Positions 39,348-50,949 of a DNA stretch of 64,000 nucleotides are shown in pieces. A program made the translations under genes and the position numbers. Source of the stretch: Octopus sinensis (taxonomy: Eukaryota); assembly GCF_006345805.1 (NCBI RefSeq), contig NC_043025.1, positions 8,308,001 to 8,372,000 on the forward strand, given 5' to 3'. Within the stretch, counting starts at the first letter, position 1, and the number at the start of each line of letters is the position of its first letter. The notes under the pieces are model-generated. The model had not been told where the DNA came from and ran no database searches. It saw only the letters and a program-made list of their open reading frames with translations.

Positions 39348-40072
39348 ATCATCATCATCATCATCATCATCATTGTTCGACCGTGGTCGAGACAATGGAA
39401 TTCACTATGTTACGCCAGACTTCACGGTCCATCATAGCATTACGGAGGTCCTGTTGCTGGATGCCTGTATCCCTGGAGATTACATCAGGGTAGGAAAGTG
39501 TGCGCCCTCTGGTATCGCGAGTAGATGGCTTCCAGAGGAGAAGAGTAGAAATTACTTCTTTTTCAGCTCTACAACAATGTCCAGCAAACTGGACTCTTCT
39601 ACCTTTCACAAGAGATGACACAGGTGGTAGTTTCCCATATATTTGCATTTTGGTTGGATGACGCTTCCACGAGAGATTTTGAGCTCTTATAAGGAGGCAA
39701 GTGTAGGTTCCATCCAACCACCTCTCGAAGAGTGTGCGCCCTCTGGTATCACGAGCAGATGGCTTCCAGAGGAGAAGAATAGAAATTACCTCATTTTCAG
39801 ATTTACAACAATGTCCAGCAAACTGGACTCTCCTACCTTTCACAAGAGATGACACAGGTGGTAGTTTCCCATATATTTGCATTTCAGTTGGATGACACTT
39901 CCACAAGAGATTTTGAGCTCTCATAAGGAGGCGAGTGTAGGTTCCATCCAACCGCCTCTCAAGCTTCTTTGATAATGTCCAGGTTTCTGAGCTATATAGT
40001 AGAATTGGTTTGACTGTGGCTTTGAAGATTTCAAGTTTGAAGTCTCTACTTAGATTTGATGACCAGATCAAA
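39348..40072 (-). mobile_element. RTE-like LINE 3' end with an in-frame 234-bp internal duplication
   Basis: ORF 39370-40071 with ILLYSSETWTLSKKLERRLDG...; same family as 29480; (GAT)n tail. Confidence 0.88.
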
Positions 40073-40245
40073 AAGTTGATTACATTGACCCCTGTGTTTC
40101 ACTGGTACTTAATTTATCGAACCCGAAAGGATGAAAGGCAAAGTCAACCTCGGCAGAATTTGAACTCAGAACGTAGCAATGGGTGAAATACTGCTAAACA
40201 TTTTATCCAACATCCTAACGATTCTGCCAAATTGCCGCCTTAATG

Positions 40246-40282
<37 letters not shown>

Positions 40283-40839
40283 TAATAATAATAGTAGAAC
40301 CAATCCTATGACTGGCACCCAGCAGTTTCCAGGACCGCTGGACTGACTCCTGTGCAGGTGGCAAGTGAAGAAACACCATTTCGACCCTGAGCTTGAGGAG
40401 ATCCATTGAGTCAAGTACACCAACATCAAAATCAATGGAAACTGCAGTTGCGATCCCTGTGCCGGTGGCACGTAAAAAGCGCCATCCGAACGTGGCCGAT
40501 GCCAGCGCCACCTAGACTGGCTTCTGTGCCGGTGGTACGTAAAAAGCACCATCCGAATCGTGGCCGATGCCAGCGCCACCTCGACTGGCTTCCGTGCCGG
40601 TGGCATGTAAAATGCACCAATCCGATCATGGCCATTGCCAGCCTTGCCTGGCACCTGTGCAGGTGGCACGTAAAAAGCGCCTACTACACTCACGGAGTGG
40701 TTGGCGTTAGGAAGGGCATCCAGCTGTAGAAACACTGCCAGATCAGACTGGAGCCTGGTGCAGCTATCTGGCTTCCCAGATCTCCGGTCAAACTGTCCAA
40801 CCCATGCTAGCATGGAGAACGGACGTTAAACGATGAATA

Positions 40840-42019
40840 ATAATAATAATAATAAATAAATGCCCTGATGCTATACCAAGCAGTGGATCTCATGGCTTCT
40901 GATTTTAACTGATTGGAATTATTATCATGTACATGTTTTGTCGTGGTATAAAAGATGGGCTACAGCAAATATTTTGCTCAATATCACAAATCTGCTTGTC
41001 AGTTGCTTGACCTTAACCAGTCAAACATGACCCTTAGTGGTTGACAATATGTGTGTCTCTGATCATGAGCAGGAGTAGTTGGGGAACAACGTAACCATGT
41101 GTTGAGAGAGATTCTTTGGGGTTTGAATAACTCACCCCAGGAAACATAGGTGATTTCTTCATTATCCCTATACGACCCTTATTCAGGAAGCTTTTGAGCG
41201 GAATGGAGTACTCAACCCGAGGAAAATTATAACTGGGTCCCACATGCAAATGGTTGTGGTGTATGTGCCTAGTGTACCCTTATCAGATGCGTAGTTGTAA
41301 TAGGTATACTGGGCTTCATATATTGATACCCCAGCATCATTTGATGACATGCACTGCTCTCTAACTCAATAATAACAGTAATAATAATACCTTAACCAGT
41401 TGAGCATATCCCTTAGTGGCTGACGATATGTGCATCTCTAATCAGGAGTAGAAGTAGTGGGGGAGCATCATAGCCATGTGTTGAGAGGGATTCTTAGAGG
41501 TTTGAATAATTCACCTTTGGAAACATGGGTGTTTCGTTCAGCATCCTTAAACAATCCTTATTCAGGGACCGTTTGAGCGGGATGGGCTACTCGACCAGAA
41601 GAAAATTCAAACTGGGTTCTACCTGCAAGGTCATGTGCTGTTTGTCTTGATATGAGATCACCATGTCACACACATATGGTTGTGTTGCATGTGTCTGGTG
41701 TACCCTTATCAGACGGGTAGTCATGATGGGTATATTGGGCTTCTTATATTTTACCCCAGTGTCACTTTGATGGCATGCACTGCTCTCTCACTCAATAATA
41801 ATAATAATAATAATAATAAATAACTGGGCCCCACCTGCAAGGTCATGCACTGTTTATCTTGATATGAGATCATCATGTTGCGCACATATGGTTGTGATGC
41901 ATGTGCCTGGTGTACCTTTATCAGACGGGTAGTCATGATGGTTATACTGGGCTTCGTATATTTTACCCCAGTGTCACTTTGATGGCATGCACTGCTCTAT
42001 CACTCAATAGTAATAATAC

Positions 42020-42020
<1 letters not shown>
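40840..42020 (+). mobile_element. Three stacked copies of the TAA-tailed family
   Basis: Copies end at about 41385, 41822 and 42020, each with ...ctgctctc..ctcaata-(ATA)n. Confidence 0.78.
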
Positions 42021-42056
<36 letters not shown>

Positions 42057-42334
42057 TACAAATTTTAGCACATGACCAGCTTTTGCAGGTGGTGGGGTAA
42101 GTTGATTACATAAACCCCAGTGTTCAGCTGGTACTTCTTCTATCGACCCCGAAAGAATGAAAGGCAAAGCTGACCTCAATGGAATCTGAACCCAGAACGC
42201 AAAGACAGATGTAAATCCGCTAAACATTTTGTCCAGTGTTCTAAGAACCCGGCCAGCTTCAGGACGATGACCAAGTGAATCTTGTTGGTAAATACTGAAC
42301 GAATCTTGTGAACAAATGTTGTATTTTTTAGAGA

Positions 42335-42340
42335 TTTAAT
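42335..42340 (-). promoter_or_regulatory. Possible ATP5S polyadenylation signal (ATTAAA)
   Basis: ATTAAA on the - strand about 105 nt downstream of the stop codon; position only, no transcript evidence. Confidence 0.25.
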
Positions 42341-42444
42341 AAGAAAACTAAAATAAATTACATCGGAAACGCCATCATCATCATCATTTTCACAGTCAAC
42401 ATTATCTTTCCCACCACCATCACCAACCGCAGCCACAAGTGTTA

Positions 42445-42583
42445 TTAACCTCCAGGTGGCTTCCTTAGTTCTGCCTCAGGAAAGTGGACGTCGCAGTTCG
42501 GCATCTGACGTCTCAGGTGTTCTAAACATTCTTTCTTGCGTCGTATCTCAGGTAAGTTGGACAGGTAAAGGTATTGTAAGTTC
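42445..42583 (-). CDS. ATP5S: ATP5S/DMAC2L last coding exon
   Basis: CT-rich tract plus cacacag acceptor; NLQYLYLSNLPEIRRKKECLEHLRRQMPNCDVHFPEAELRKPPGG*. The four exons total 633 nt = 210 aa plus stop. Not present in the supplied ORF track. Confidence 0.9.
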
Positions 42584-42850
42584 CTGTGTGAGAGAGAGAG
42601 AAACTGAGAGGAAGTATATGAGAGAGACGAGATATAATATATGAGAGAAGGGGTGTGAGAAAGGTGGAGTGCATTGCTGAAAAAAGGAGGGAGAGCACGT
42701 GGGAAGGAGAGGAAGGTTCACCATGAGGAACGTTTACCAAGAAAATGCATCCATAGTATTAATAGTTAAAAACTATTTTATTGCAAAAATAACTCCATTC
42801 AATTGATGACAGTAAACTTACTGGACATGTTTATATATATATATATATAT

Positions 42851-43643
42851 CTTTTACTCTTTTACTTGTTTCAGTCATTTGACTGCGGCCATGCTGGAGC
42901 ACCGCCTTTAATCGAGCAACTCGACCCCGGGACTTATTCTTTGTAAGCCCAGTACTTATTCTATCGGTCTCTTTTTGCCGAACCGTTAAGTTACAGGGAC
43001 GTAAACACACCAGCATCGGTTGTCAAGCGATGTTGGGGGGACAAACACACACACACACACACCACACACACATACATATATATATACATACATACGACGG
43101 GCTTCTTTCAGTTTCTGTCTACCAGATCCACTCATAAGGCTTTGGTCAGCTCGAGGCTATAGTAGAAGACACTTGCCCAAGGTGCCACGCAGTGGGGACT
43201 GAACCATGTGGTTGGTAAACAAGCTACTTACTACACAGCCACTCCCTGTGCCTATATATATATATAGTGGCTGTGTGGTAAGTAGCTTGCTTACCAACCA
43301 CATAGTTCCGGGTTCAGTCCCACTGCGTGGCACCTTGGGCAAGTGTCTTCTACTATAGCCTCGAGCTGACCAAAGCCTTGTGAGTGGATCTGGTTGACGG
43401 AAACTGAAAGAAGCCCATCGTATGTATGTATATGTGTGTGTGTTTGTGTGTCTGTGTTTGTCCCCCAACATCGCTTGACAACCAATGCTGGTGTGCTTAC
43501 GTCCCCGTAACGTAGCGTTTCGGCAAAAGTGACTGATAGAATAAGTACTAGGCTTACAAAGAATAAGTCCTGGGGTCGATTTGCTCGACTAAAGGCGGTG
43601 CTCCAGTATGGCCACAGTCAAATGACTGAAACAAGTAAAAGAG

Positions 43644-43644
<1 letters not shown>
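42851..43644. mobile_element. Head-to-head inverted pair of SINE family 1 copies
   Basis: 42851-43246 (-) and 43266-43644 (+), separated by about 20 nt of TA. Confidence 0.88.
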
Positions 43645-43677
<33 letters not shown>

Positions 43678-43921
43678 ATATGTATATATATAATATTAAA
43701 TTAGAGATAAAACACACTATTAGGCAAATCAAACAATGAAAAACATAAGCCAATACATAAAATTAATTAGTTATATTATTTTAAATATATATCAAAAGTA
43801 TTAAAAATTTAATAAAAGATAATGAGTAAAACACTACGATCGTTTCATGGCCTAATATATATATATATAAGAAATATTGAATTTCTAAATCTCTCGTAGA
43901 GACATGTACGGTGGTGGGGCG

Positions 43922-44213
43922 ATAGAATGGTTGTATACTGTCAATCTAACAAGAACGTGACAGTAGGGGGTACATCCCACCGCTGTATAGCCCTAGGAAG
44001 CATCGAACGCCTCCTGATGGCTTTGACACATTTTTCCCTGTGTCCTTATATACATTTACGAAGGCGGTGTTTGTCTCCCCTTCGTAAATGTATATAAGGA
44101 CACAGGGAAAAATGTGTCAAAGCCATCAGTAGGCGTTCGATGCTTCCTAGGGCTATACAGCGGTGGGATGTACCCCCTACTGTCACGTTCTTGTTAGATT
44201 GACAGTATACAAC

Positions 44214-44221
<8 letters not shown>
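43922..44221. repeat. Inverted repeat, 143-bp arms, 14-nt spacer
   Basis: Arms 43922-44064 and 44079-44221, one mismatch seen. Confidence 0.95.
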
Positions 44222-44252
<31 letters not shown>

Positions 44253-44318
44253 ATTTCCCTGTTTTATTACTGTTCTGATTTAGAAAAGAATCAAGAGACA
44301 AAGGCGATTCCAACTCAC

Positions 44319-44481
44319 TGTAGCACAGGCAGATGGTTCAGTCCTCTTAGAGTCACATTACCAGCACTGGAGATCTCCAGGTGTTCCAAGGAATCTTTCA
44401 CGTAGTGTAGCAAGTGCAAAGCATCATCATCCAGGTAATAACAGTTCTTTAGAATCAGTTTCTTCAAAAATTTCAATCCTT
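44319..44481 (-). CDS. ATP5S: ATP5S/DMAC2L exon (163 nt, LRR-like)
   Basis: tttcag/gtgagt; (E)GLKFLKKLILKNCYYLDDDALHLLHYVKDSLEHLEISSAGNVTLRGLNHLPVL. Confidence 0.93.
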
Positions 44482-44654
44482 CTGAAATAATATCATATAA
44501 CATACAACACGTGTGTATCTCTGTGTACATTTATATACACAAACACAAATACATATATTTATATGAGCGTCAATAATACTTTAATTGTTCCACGTCCTGC
44601 GTTGCTGTGTTTTTTTGCTCTTTTTTCTGTGTTTTCTTGTTTGGATTAACTTTA

Positions 44655-44702
<48 letters not shown>

Positions 44703-44769
44703 ATATTTCGGAATGGTCATTTCAACACACGACTTCACATAAAAAATCTTGCACAACAAATATATAAAC

Positions 44770-44807
<38 letters not shown>

Positions 44808-44854
44808 TAAATAAATAAATGGAGTTGAACGAAGATGTTAACAAAATTCCTTTA

Positions 44855-44936
44855 CTTTCGACATATGTTTTGAAGACAACATGGTTTTATTCCAAAGGAA
44901 TAAACGGTGTAAGATGCAATCTTCTCATCAGGAAAG
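44855..44936 (-). ncRNA. Second copy of the same hammerhead, GAAA mutated to AAAA (probably inactive)
   Basis: CTTTC-CTGATGA-GAAGA...TCTTC-AAAA-CATATG-TC|GAAAG; the flanks (about 44810-45005) match 12563-12775. Confidence 0.65.
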
Positions 44937-45111
44937 AAAAGGAGCCTCTCTCAACAACAAGACAAAACAATAATTGCGATGACTGCCTAAATGATAAACA
45001 AAACGATAAAGGAATTTTGTTAATATCTTCGTTCAACTCCATTTATTTATTTATTCATATATAACACACAAATTTCTGCACATGAAACCGGAGTTTCTAC
45101 CCTTGGACAGG

Positions 45112-45416
45112 ATGCTGACAAAGTAATTTAAGTAATTTAATTAGGTGAAAGTTCTTTTTACCGGTTGCGCATTTGTTATGCTTATCAAAAGATGTTTTTT
45201 TAAGAGAGATAGAGTTCCTTTCTGATAGATTTTTTCCTCTTATCTGACTTTTTGTTGGGTTTGCATAAAGTCAGATAAGAGGAAAAAATCTATCAGAAAG
45301 GAACTCTATCTCTCTTAAAAAAAACATCTTTTGATAAGCATAACAAATGCGCAACCGGTAAAAAGAACCTTCACCTAATTAAATTACTTAAATTACTTTA
45401 ATTATTTTGTCAGCAT
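45112..45416. repeat. Inverted repeat, ~132-bp arms, 15-nt spacer
   Basis: Arms about 45120-45251 and 45267-45399, extended by atgctgacaaa/tttgtcagcat. Confidence 0.93.
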
Positions 45417-45669
45417 TTTCTTCATTTCCTTTTTTATATATCACAACTCGTCTTCCACATCTCCTTTTTTAAATATATATATATATATATATATATAACA
45501 ACAAAATTTTATATAGAGTTACCCAAGTTTCCGTAACCACAAAGCCCAAGCCTTGTGGGTGCAAAACCTTAGGTAACTCTATATAAAATTTTGTTGTAAT
45601 AATAACTGTTCTGTTTTTTAGAGTGTTTCTTTCTGATATATGCTTTTTTATTATTTTTCGTTTTTCAGT

Positions 45670-46534
45670 TCATCTTTGGTGTTACAAGGGGTTTTGTTGG
45701 TTTCTCACTCAACTGCACCCTACACATAATTAAGGGGGTTGCAGTCTGGGGAGTTAGGTGGCCAGATGTTAGGGGTGATATGATTGCAGAAATTGTCTGA
45801 CAGCCAGACTGGGTTCTCCTGCTTGTGTAGTATAGTGCAGAGTCCTGTTGCCAGACAGGGTCTTCCAGAAGCTACCCTCTTGACCCAGGGCAGCACTACC
45901 TCCTCTAGGCACTTGATGTAGACCCCCGTATTGAGTCTGAGGCTGTGTGGGAAGAAGAATGGAGGCATAAAATCACCATTCCTAGTGATCACTCCAAACA
46001 CCAGGGTGTTGACTGGATGTTTGATTTTTATCACTCTTGGTACATATCCTCAGATTGACACCCAAACACTCTGAAATGTTCATATTGAAGCTTCCAGTGC
46101 AAATGCCAAGCAGTACAGCATGTCGTTTCCAAACTTCTAGCAGAGTCAATTGCGTCATGGTGCTGTTTTTCTCACGGCGAACTGGCAGAAACATTAGCAC
46201 GCCGGGCAAAATACATAGCCGTATTTCGTCTGCCGTTACGTTCTGAGTTCAAATTCCGTCGAGGTCAACTTTGCCTTTCATCCTTTCGGGGGTCAATAAA
46301 TTAAGTACCAGTTACGTACTGGATCGATATAATCGACTTAGTCCGTTTGTCTGTCCTTGTTTGTCCCCTCTGTGTTTAGCCCCTTGTGGGTAGTAAAGAA
46401 ATAGGTGCTGTTTTTCTCACAGACGGTGCCCAACTGACCCTACTATACTATGTAGTCAACAAAATCAAAAACAATCAATGTGCATGTGCCAAATAAAAAA
46501 TATAAAATCGTGACAATTTACCCATCGCACCCTG
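45670..46534 (-). mobile_element. DD37D (maT-type) Tc1/mariner remnant with a nested SINE
   Basis: KHPVNTLVFGVIT...WQQDSA...WPPNSPDCNPL(N)Y; 37 residues between the second D and the third acidic position after correcting one frameshift; terminal gacaatttacccatcgcaccctg-ta. Confidence 0.8.
46176..46405 (+). mobile_element. SINE family 3 with a 17-bp target-site duplication
   Basis: B-box-like gagttcaaattcc; TSD ggtgctgtttttctcac at 46159-46175 and 46404-46420; other copies at about 488-625, 40075-40235 and 42050-42260. Confidence 0.85.
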
Positions 46535-47212
46535 TATGTATGTCATCATCATCATCATCATCGTTTAACGTCTGCTTTCCATGCTGGCACGGGTTGGACG
46601 GTTCAACCGGGGTCTGGGAAGCCAGGAGGCTGCACCAGGCTCCAGTCTGATCTGGCAGTGTTTCTACAGCTGGATGCCCTTCCTAATGCCAACCACTCCG
46701 TGAGTGTAGTGAGTGCTTTTTACGTGCCACCGACACAGATGCCAGGGTGGGAGTCTGGCAGCGGGCATGATCGGTTGGTGCTTTTTACATGCCACCGGCA
46801 CAGAAACTGCACTTGCGCAGTGGATTTGAAAACAATTATAACATGTAAGCACGAGGCATGTTCTGTATTGCATTGTATTTATATGTTATTCTTGGCTTTC
46901 CTGCTGATGATAGCTGTGCCTAGCAAATTATTTTATTTGCTGAAGATAGCTTGAAATCATGGTAGGGGAAACGGATGATAAATATTTTTATTTTTCATTC
47001 CCTTCCAAAATTACCTCTATCAGTGGTTTGGATTTTAACTAATCCTTCTAGCGGGTTAGATATCCTATTATGGCCATCTCTTATGTGTTTAAATGTACAC
47101 TGTATCTATGTGAATAATATATAGTCTATTGACTAGTGTTTTTCTTCACTCTAGACCACTGGTAGCAGAAAATTTCTAAATAATTTTTTACTACCCTGAA
47201 ATTTATAATATA

Positions 47213-47594
47213 CTAGCAGTATCGCCCGGCGTTGCTCTGGTTTGTAAGGAAATAACTATAAAGCATTTTTAGAGAGTTATAGCCAAAAAATAGCCAAAAA
47301 ATGGAAAAAAATGATGGTAACTTTTTTTTGAGAGTAAAAAAGGTGGAGTTGCGTCCCCTAGACAGTTTGCGGTTTGTGTTTCTGATTCTCGACCCCATGT
47401 CGAATTTATCGATTTTTTTCAGAACTGGGGGAACTTTTCAAAATTTTCGCTGCGTTAGTTTTGAATTATGACATTGGGCTATGTGTGTGTCAAGTTTCAT
47501 CAGAATCGGTTGAAAGCCGTGGTCAGGGTGAGGGTACAAGCTAACAGACACACAGAAACACGCACAGACAAACTGCCGTTTATATAGAGAGAGA
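47213..47594 (-). mobile_element. Non-autonomous Helitron-like element, same 3' end as 37819
   Basis: 5' TC, 3' ...agcaacgccgggcgatactgCTAG-T. Confidence 0.7.
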
Positions 47595-47974
47595 TCTATT
47601 ATATAAAATCCGTTGTCTGTCTGTGTGTGTGTCTTCTAGGATCTCGGACATCCTCCATCCAATTGCGTTCAAATTTGATATGTAGATACCGATGGTATCA
47701 GGGCGTGTATAAGTCTTGAAAAAATTACAAAAATCGATTCCAGGTGAGAATGCGATCGATAAAGCCGTGGGAACGTGCATTTGTAAAATCGTTTTTCTTT
47801 GGAATAGAAAAAAAGTCTATCTTTATTTCTTCTTTTGCTGGTGTCTCAAATTTAGGTTAAATCAGTGTTTCTCAAAGGGGAGGAATATGGGACGGTCGGA
47901 CAAGTTGTTTTGAGAAAATTTGGTTTAAATGTTTGACAACTCAGCACCGTCCACTGGATGGGGGGCGTTTTGTT

Positions 47975-48006
<32 letters not shown>

Positions 48007-49429
48007 AAGAACAATCTTACTTAGAAATGGATGCGTGCGTTCCGTCATATAATAAATTAATAAATAAAACATATGCATATACACATACATATATGTACGT
48101 ACCTACCTCTACATGTATATATACATGTATATAGACACCAAAAAAAAACGTTGAATACAATGAGAAACGAAAACATAAACACAAAACCAAGGAACTGGAC
48201 ATTTTTCTTAAACAACGAAAAAATAGAGTACAGGACAGATAACACAAGGAAAATTCCCCTTCTTCAGTCGCCATGGTTTCATCTACTCTGTGTTTCGAAG
48301 GTGAAGGCGATACGCATCTTCGATAGAAACTTTCCTACCAAGTGAAAAGCAAATTAAATAAAATTTGAGATCTTTTTGCAGAGGGGTAAAAATGGTAACA
48401 AAAACAGGACAGTAACGACATACATTCATATGTATATGTGTGTGTATATATATATCAGACTATACACTACATCCCTTTGTTTGGGTTTGCTATACTCTCT
48501 CTTTTTCTTTTTACTAGTTTCAGTCATTTGACTGCGGCCATGCTGGAGCACCGCCTTTAGTCGAGCAAATAGACCCCGGGACTTATTCTTTGTAAGCCCA
48601 GTACTTATTCTATCGGTCTCTTTTGCTGAACCGCTAAGTAACGGGGACATAAACACACCAGCATCGGTTGTCGAGCAATGCTAGGGGGGGACAAACACAG
48701 ACACACAAACATATACACACACATATATATATATATACATATATACGACGGGCTTCTTTCAGTTTCCATCTACCAAATCCACTCACAAGGCTTTGGTCGG
48801 CCCGAGACTATAGCAGAAGACACTTGCCCAAGATGCCACGCAGTGGGACTGAACCCAGAACCATGTGGTTGGTAGACAAGCTACTTACCACACAGCCACT
48901 CCTGCGACTATGTAGAGCTTTTTTTTAATGAGTATCACTGGATTAGTTAAATCCATAAACTGTGCATTGAGTAGCACCTGTTTTTCAAAGGGGCCAGCCT
49001 TGTCATGCTGAATCTCCTTGGGAACTACATTAAGGGTACATGGTGTACTCAGCCACTTACACGTTAATTCCACAAGCAGGTTGTTCCGTCCATTGGACCA
49101 ACTGGGAACCTCATCGTCATAACCAATGGAGTGTCGGGCCATTTTCAAATCCAGTGCTTAATTTATTGCTCTCTTGGGGCAAGCGGCTGAGTCGTGGGGA
49201 TGTAAACAAACCAACACCAGTTGCCATGCAGTAACAGGAGGAGACAAACACAGACACAAACACACACATAAATATATACAGAAGAGGCTTCAACACAGTT
49301 TCTGACTACCTACCAAATCTGCTCACAGGTCACTGGTCAACCTGGGGCTATAACAGAAGACGGTTGCCCAAAGTGAGACACTGATGGTATAAGCCATGGT
49401 GAGTACCCAGCCTGCCCTCCCCTACGTAC

Positions 49430-49638
49430 CCAAATGGTGGAATCCAATATTCATAACTGCTGTGTCTGTGGCATCAATTGTCTCCACTTTGTAGCGGGAG
49501 AAGTTAGTCAATGGTAAACGGTTGTAGTCCCCTTCTACGTATTTCATTCCTTTCCAGTGAATCTTGCCGCCACTCCGTAGAACCCACTCTGCACAGGCTC
49601 GGTCTGGCCCCACCAGTTTCACTCGTTCAGCATCAACC
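49430..49638 (-). CDS. ATP5S: ATP5S/DMAC2L exon (209 nt)
   Basis: ggcag/gtacgt; VDAERVKLVGPDRACAEWVLRSGG...DYNRLP...YKVETIDATDTAVMNIGFHHL, matching the factor B GPDRAxxEW and IDATD motifs. Confidence 0.95.
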
Positions 49639-49682
49639 CTGCCAAGAGAGGAAAAAAGGTGCAACGCTAAGTCAAACTGATG

Positions 49683-50212
49683 AAAAGACCTGTTGAGGCA
49701 AGTGAAAATCAAAAAAAAAAAAATCAAAAAATCAAAAATCAAATCAAAATCGAAATCGATCAACATCAATGGAATTTGTAGTTGTGGCACATAAGAGAAC
49801 CATCCGAACGTGACCATTGCCAGTGCCGCCCCGACTGGCCTTCGTGCCGGTGGCACGTAACAAACACCATCCGATCGTGTCCGTTGCCAGCCTCACCTGG
49901 CCTCCGTGCCGGTGGCACGTAAAAAGCACCGTCCGATCGTGGCCGTTCGCCAGCCTCGTCTGGCACCTGTGTCGGTGGCACATAAAAAACACCATCCGAG
50001 CGTGGCCGTCTGCCAGCCTCGTCTGTCACCTGTGTCGGTGGCACATAAAAAGCACCCACTACACTCACGGAGTGGTTGGCGTTAGGAAGGGCATCCAGCT
50101 GTAGAAACACTGCCAGATCAGACTGGGCCTGGTGCAGCCTTCTGGCTTCCCAGACCCCAGTTGAACCATCCAACCCATGCTAGCATGGAAAGCGGACGTT
50201 AAACGATGATGA
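49683..50212 (+). mobile_element. (GAT)n-tailed SINE-like family 4 with internal ~60-66-bp tandem units, representative copy
   Basis: Shared 3' end cccactacactcacggagtggttggcgttaggaagggcatccagc...gttaaacgatgat. Other copies at about 14277-14561, 27520-27760 (-), 38860-39287, 40290-40833, 46545-46805 (-), 54245-54400 (-), 55082-55350 (-) and 62381-62620. Confidence 0.82.
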
Positions 50213-50949
50213 TATATATATATATATCTTTTACTCTTTTACTTGTTTCAGTCATTTGACTGTGGCCATGCTGGAGCACCGCCTTTAGTCGAGCAAATCA
50301 ACCCCAGGACTTATTCTTTGTAAACCTAGTACTTATTCTATCGGTCTCTTTTTCCAAACTGCTAAGTTACGGGGATGTAAACATACCGCCATATATATAT
50401 ATATATATATGTGGAGGCATAATGGCCCAGTGGTTAGGGCAGCAGACTCGCGGTCGTAGGATTGCGGTTTCGATTCCCAGACCGGGCGTTGTGAGTGTTT
50501 ATTGAGCGAAAACACCTAAAAGCTCCACGACGCTCCGGCAGGGGGTGGTGGTGATCCCTGCTGTACTCTTTCACCACTCTTTCTTCTGTTGGCCTGCTCA
50601 CTTAGCCAGCGGGGTGTCGTCTTTCAAAGGCTAAAACAATGCGAAGTGCATTGTGACCAGCGATGTGTAACAACATCTGATGGCCTGGTCAGTCACGTGA
50701 TCATGCGATATACATATATATGTATATTTTAATTAAAAAGTACCTTAAATAATGATGTTAAATAATGACGACGATTTCACCTATGGTGGAATTGACCTAT
50801 GGTGAAATTTACTTGGAGGAATTTTCCGTGGTGGAATTTACCAGTCACCTGCATGTCAGTGGAGCGCTCAGCCACTTGCATGTTAATTTCACAAGCATGC
50901 TATTCCATTGATCGGGATCAACTGGGTCCCTTGTCATCCCTTGTCAACT

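Noticed and set aside
42176-42436. ORF as an extra ATP5S exon or separate gene
   Set aside because: Lies downstream of the ATP5S stop, overlaps a (GAT)n tract and a SINE-3 fragment; most likely 3' UTR or flank.
26814-42445. Functional coupling of TAT and ATP5S, or a hidden gene between them
   Set aside because: The 15.6-kb interval is explained by repeats. I saw no further exon-like sequence, and adjacency alone is not evidence of a shared pathway.
48255-48330. Additional hammerhead-like motifs (CTGAAGA here; CTGATGA at about 54798)
   Set aside because: The stem after the core is not followed by GAAA in either copy, so the fold cannot be completed.
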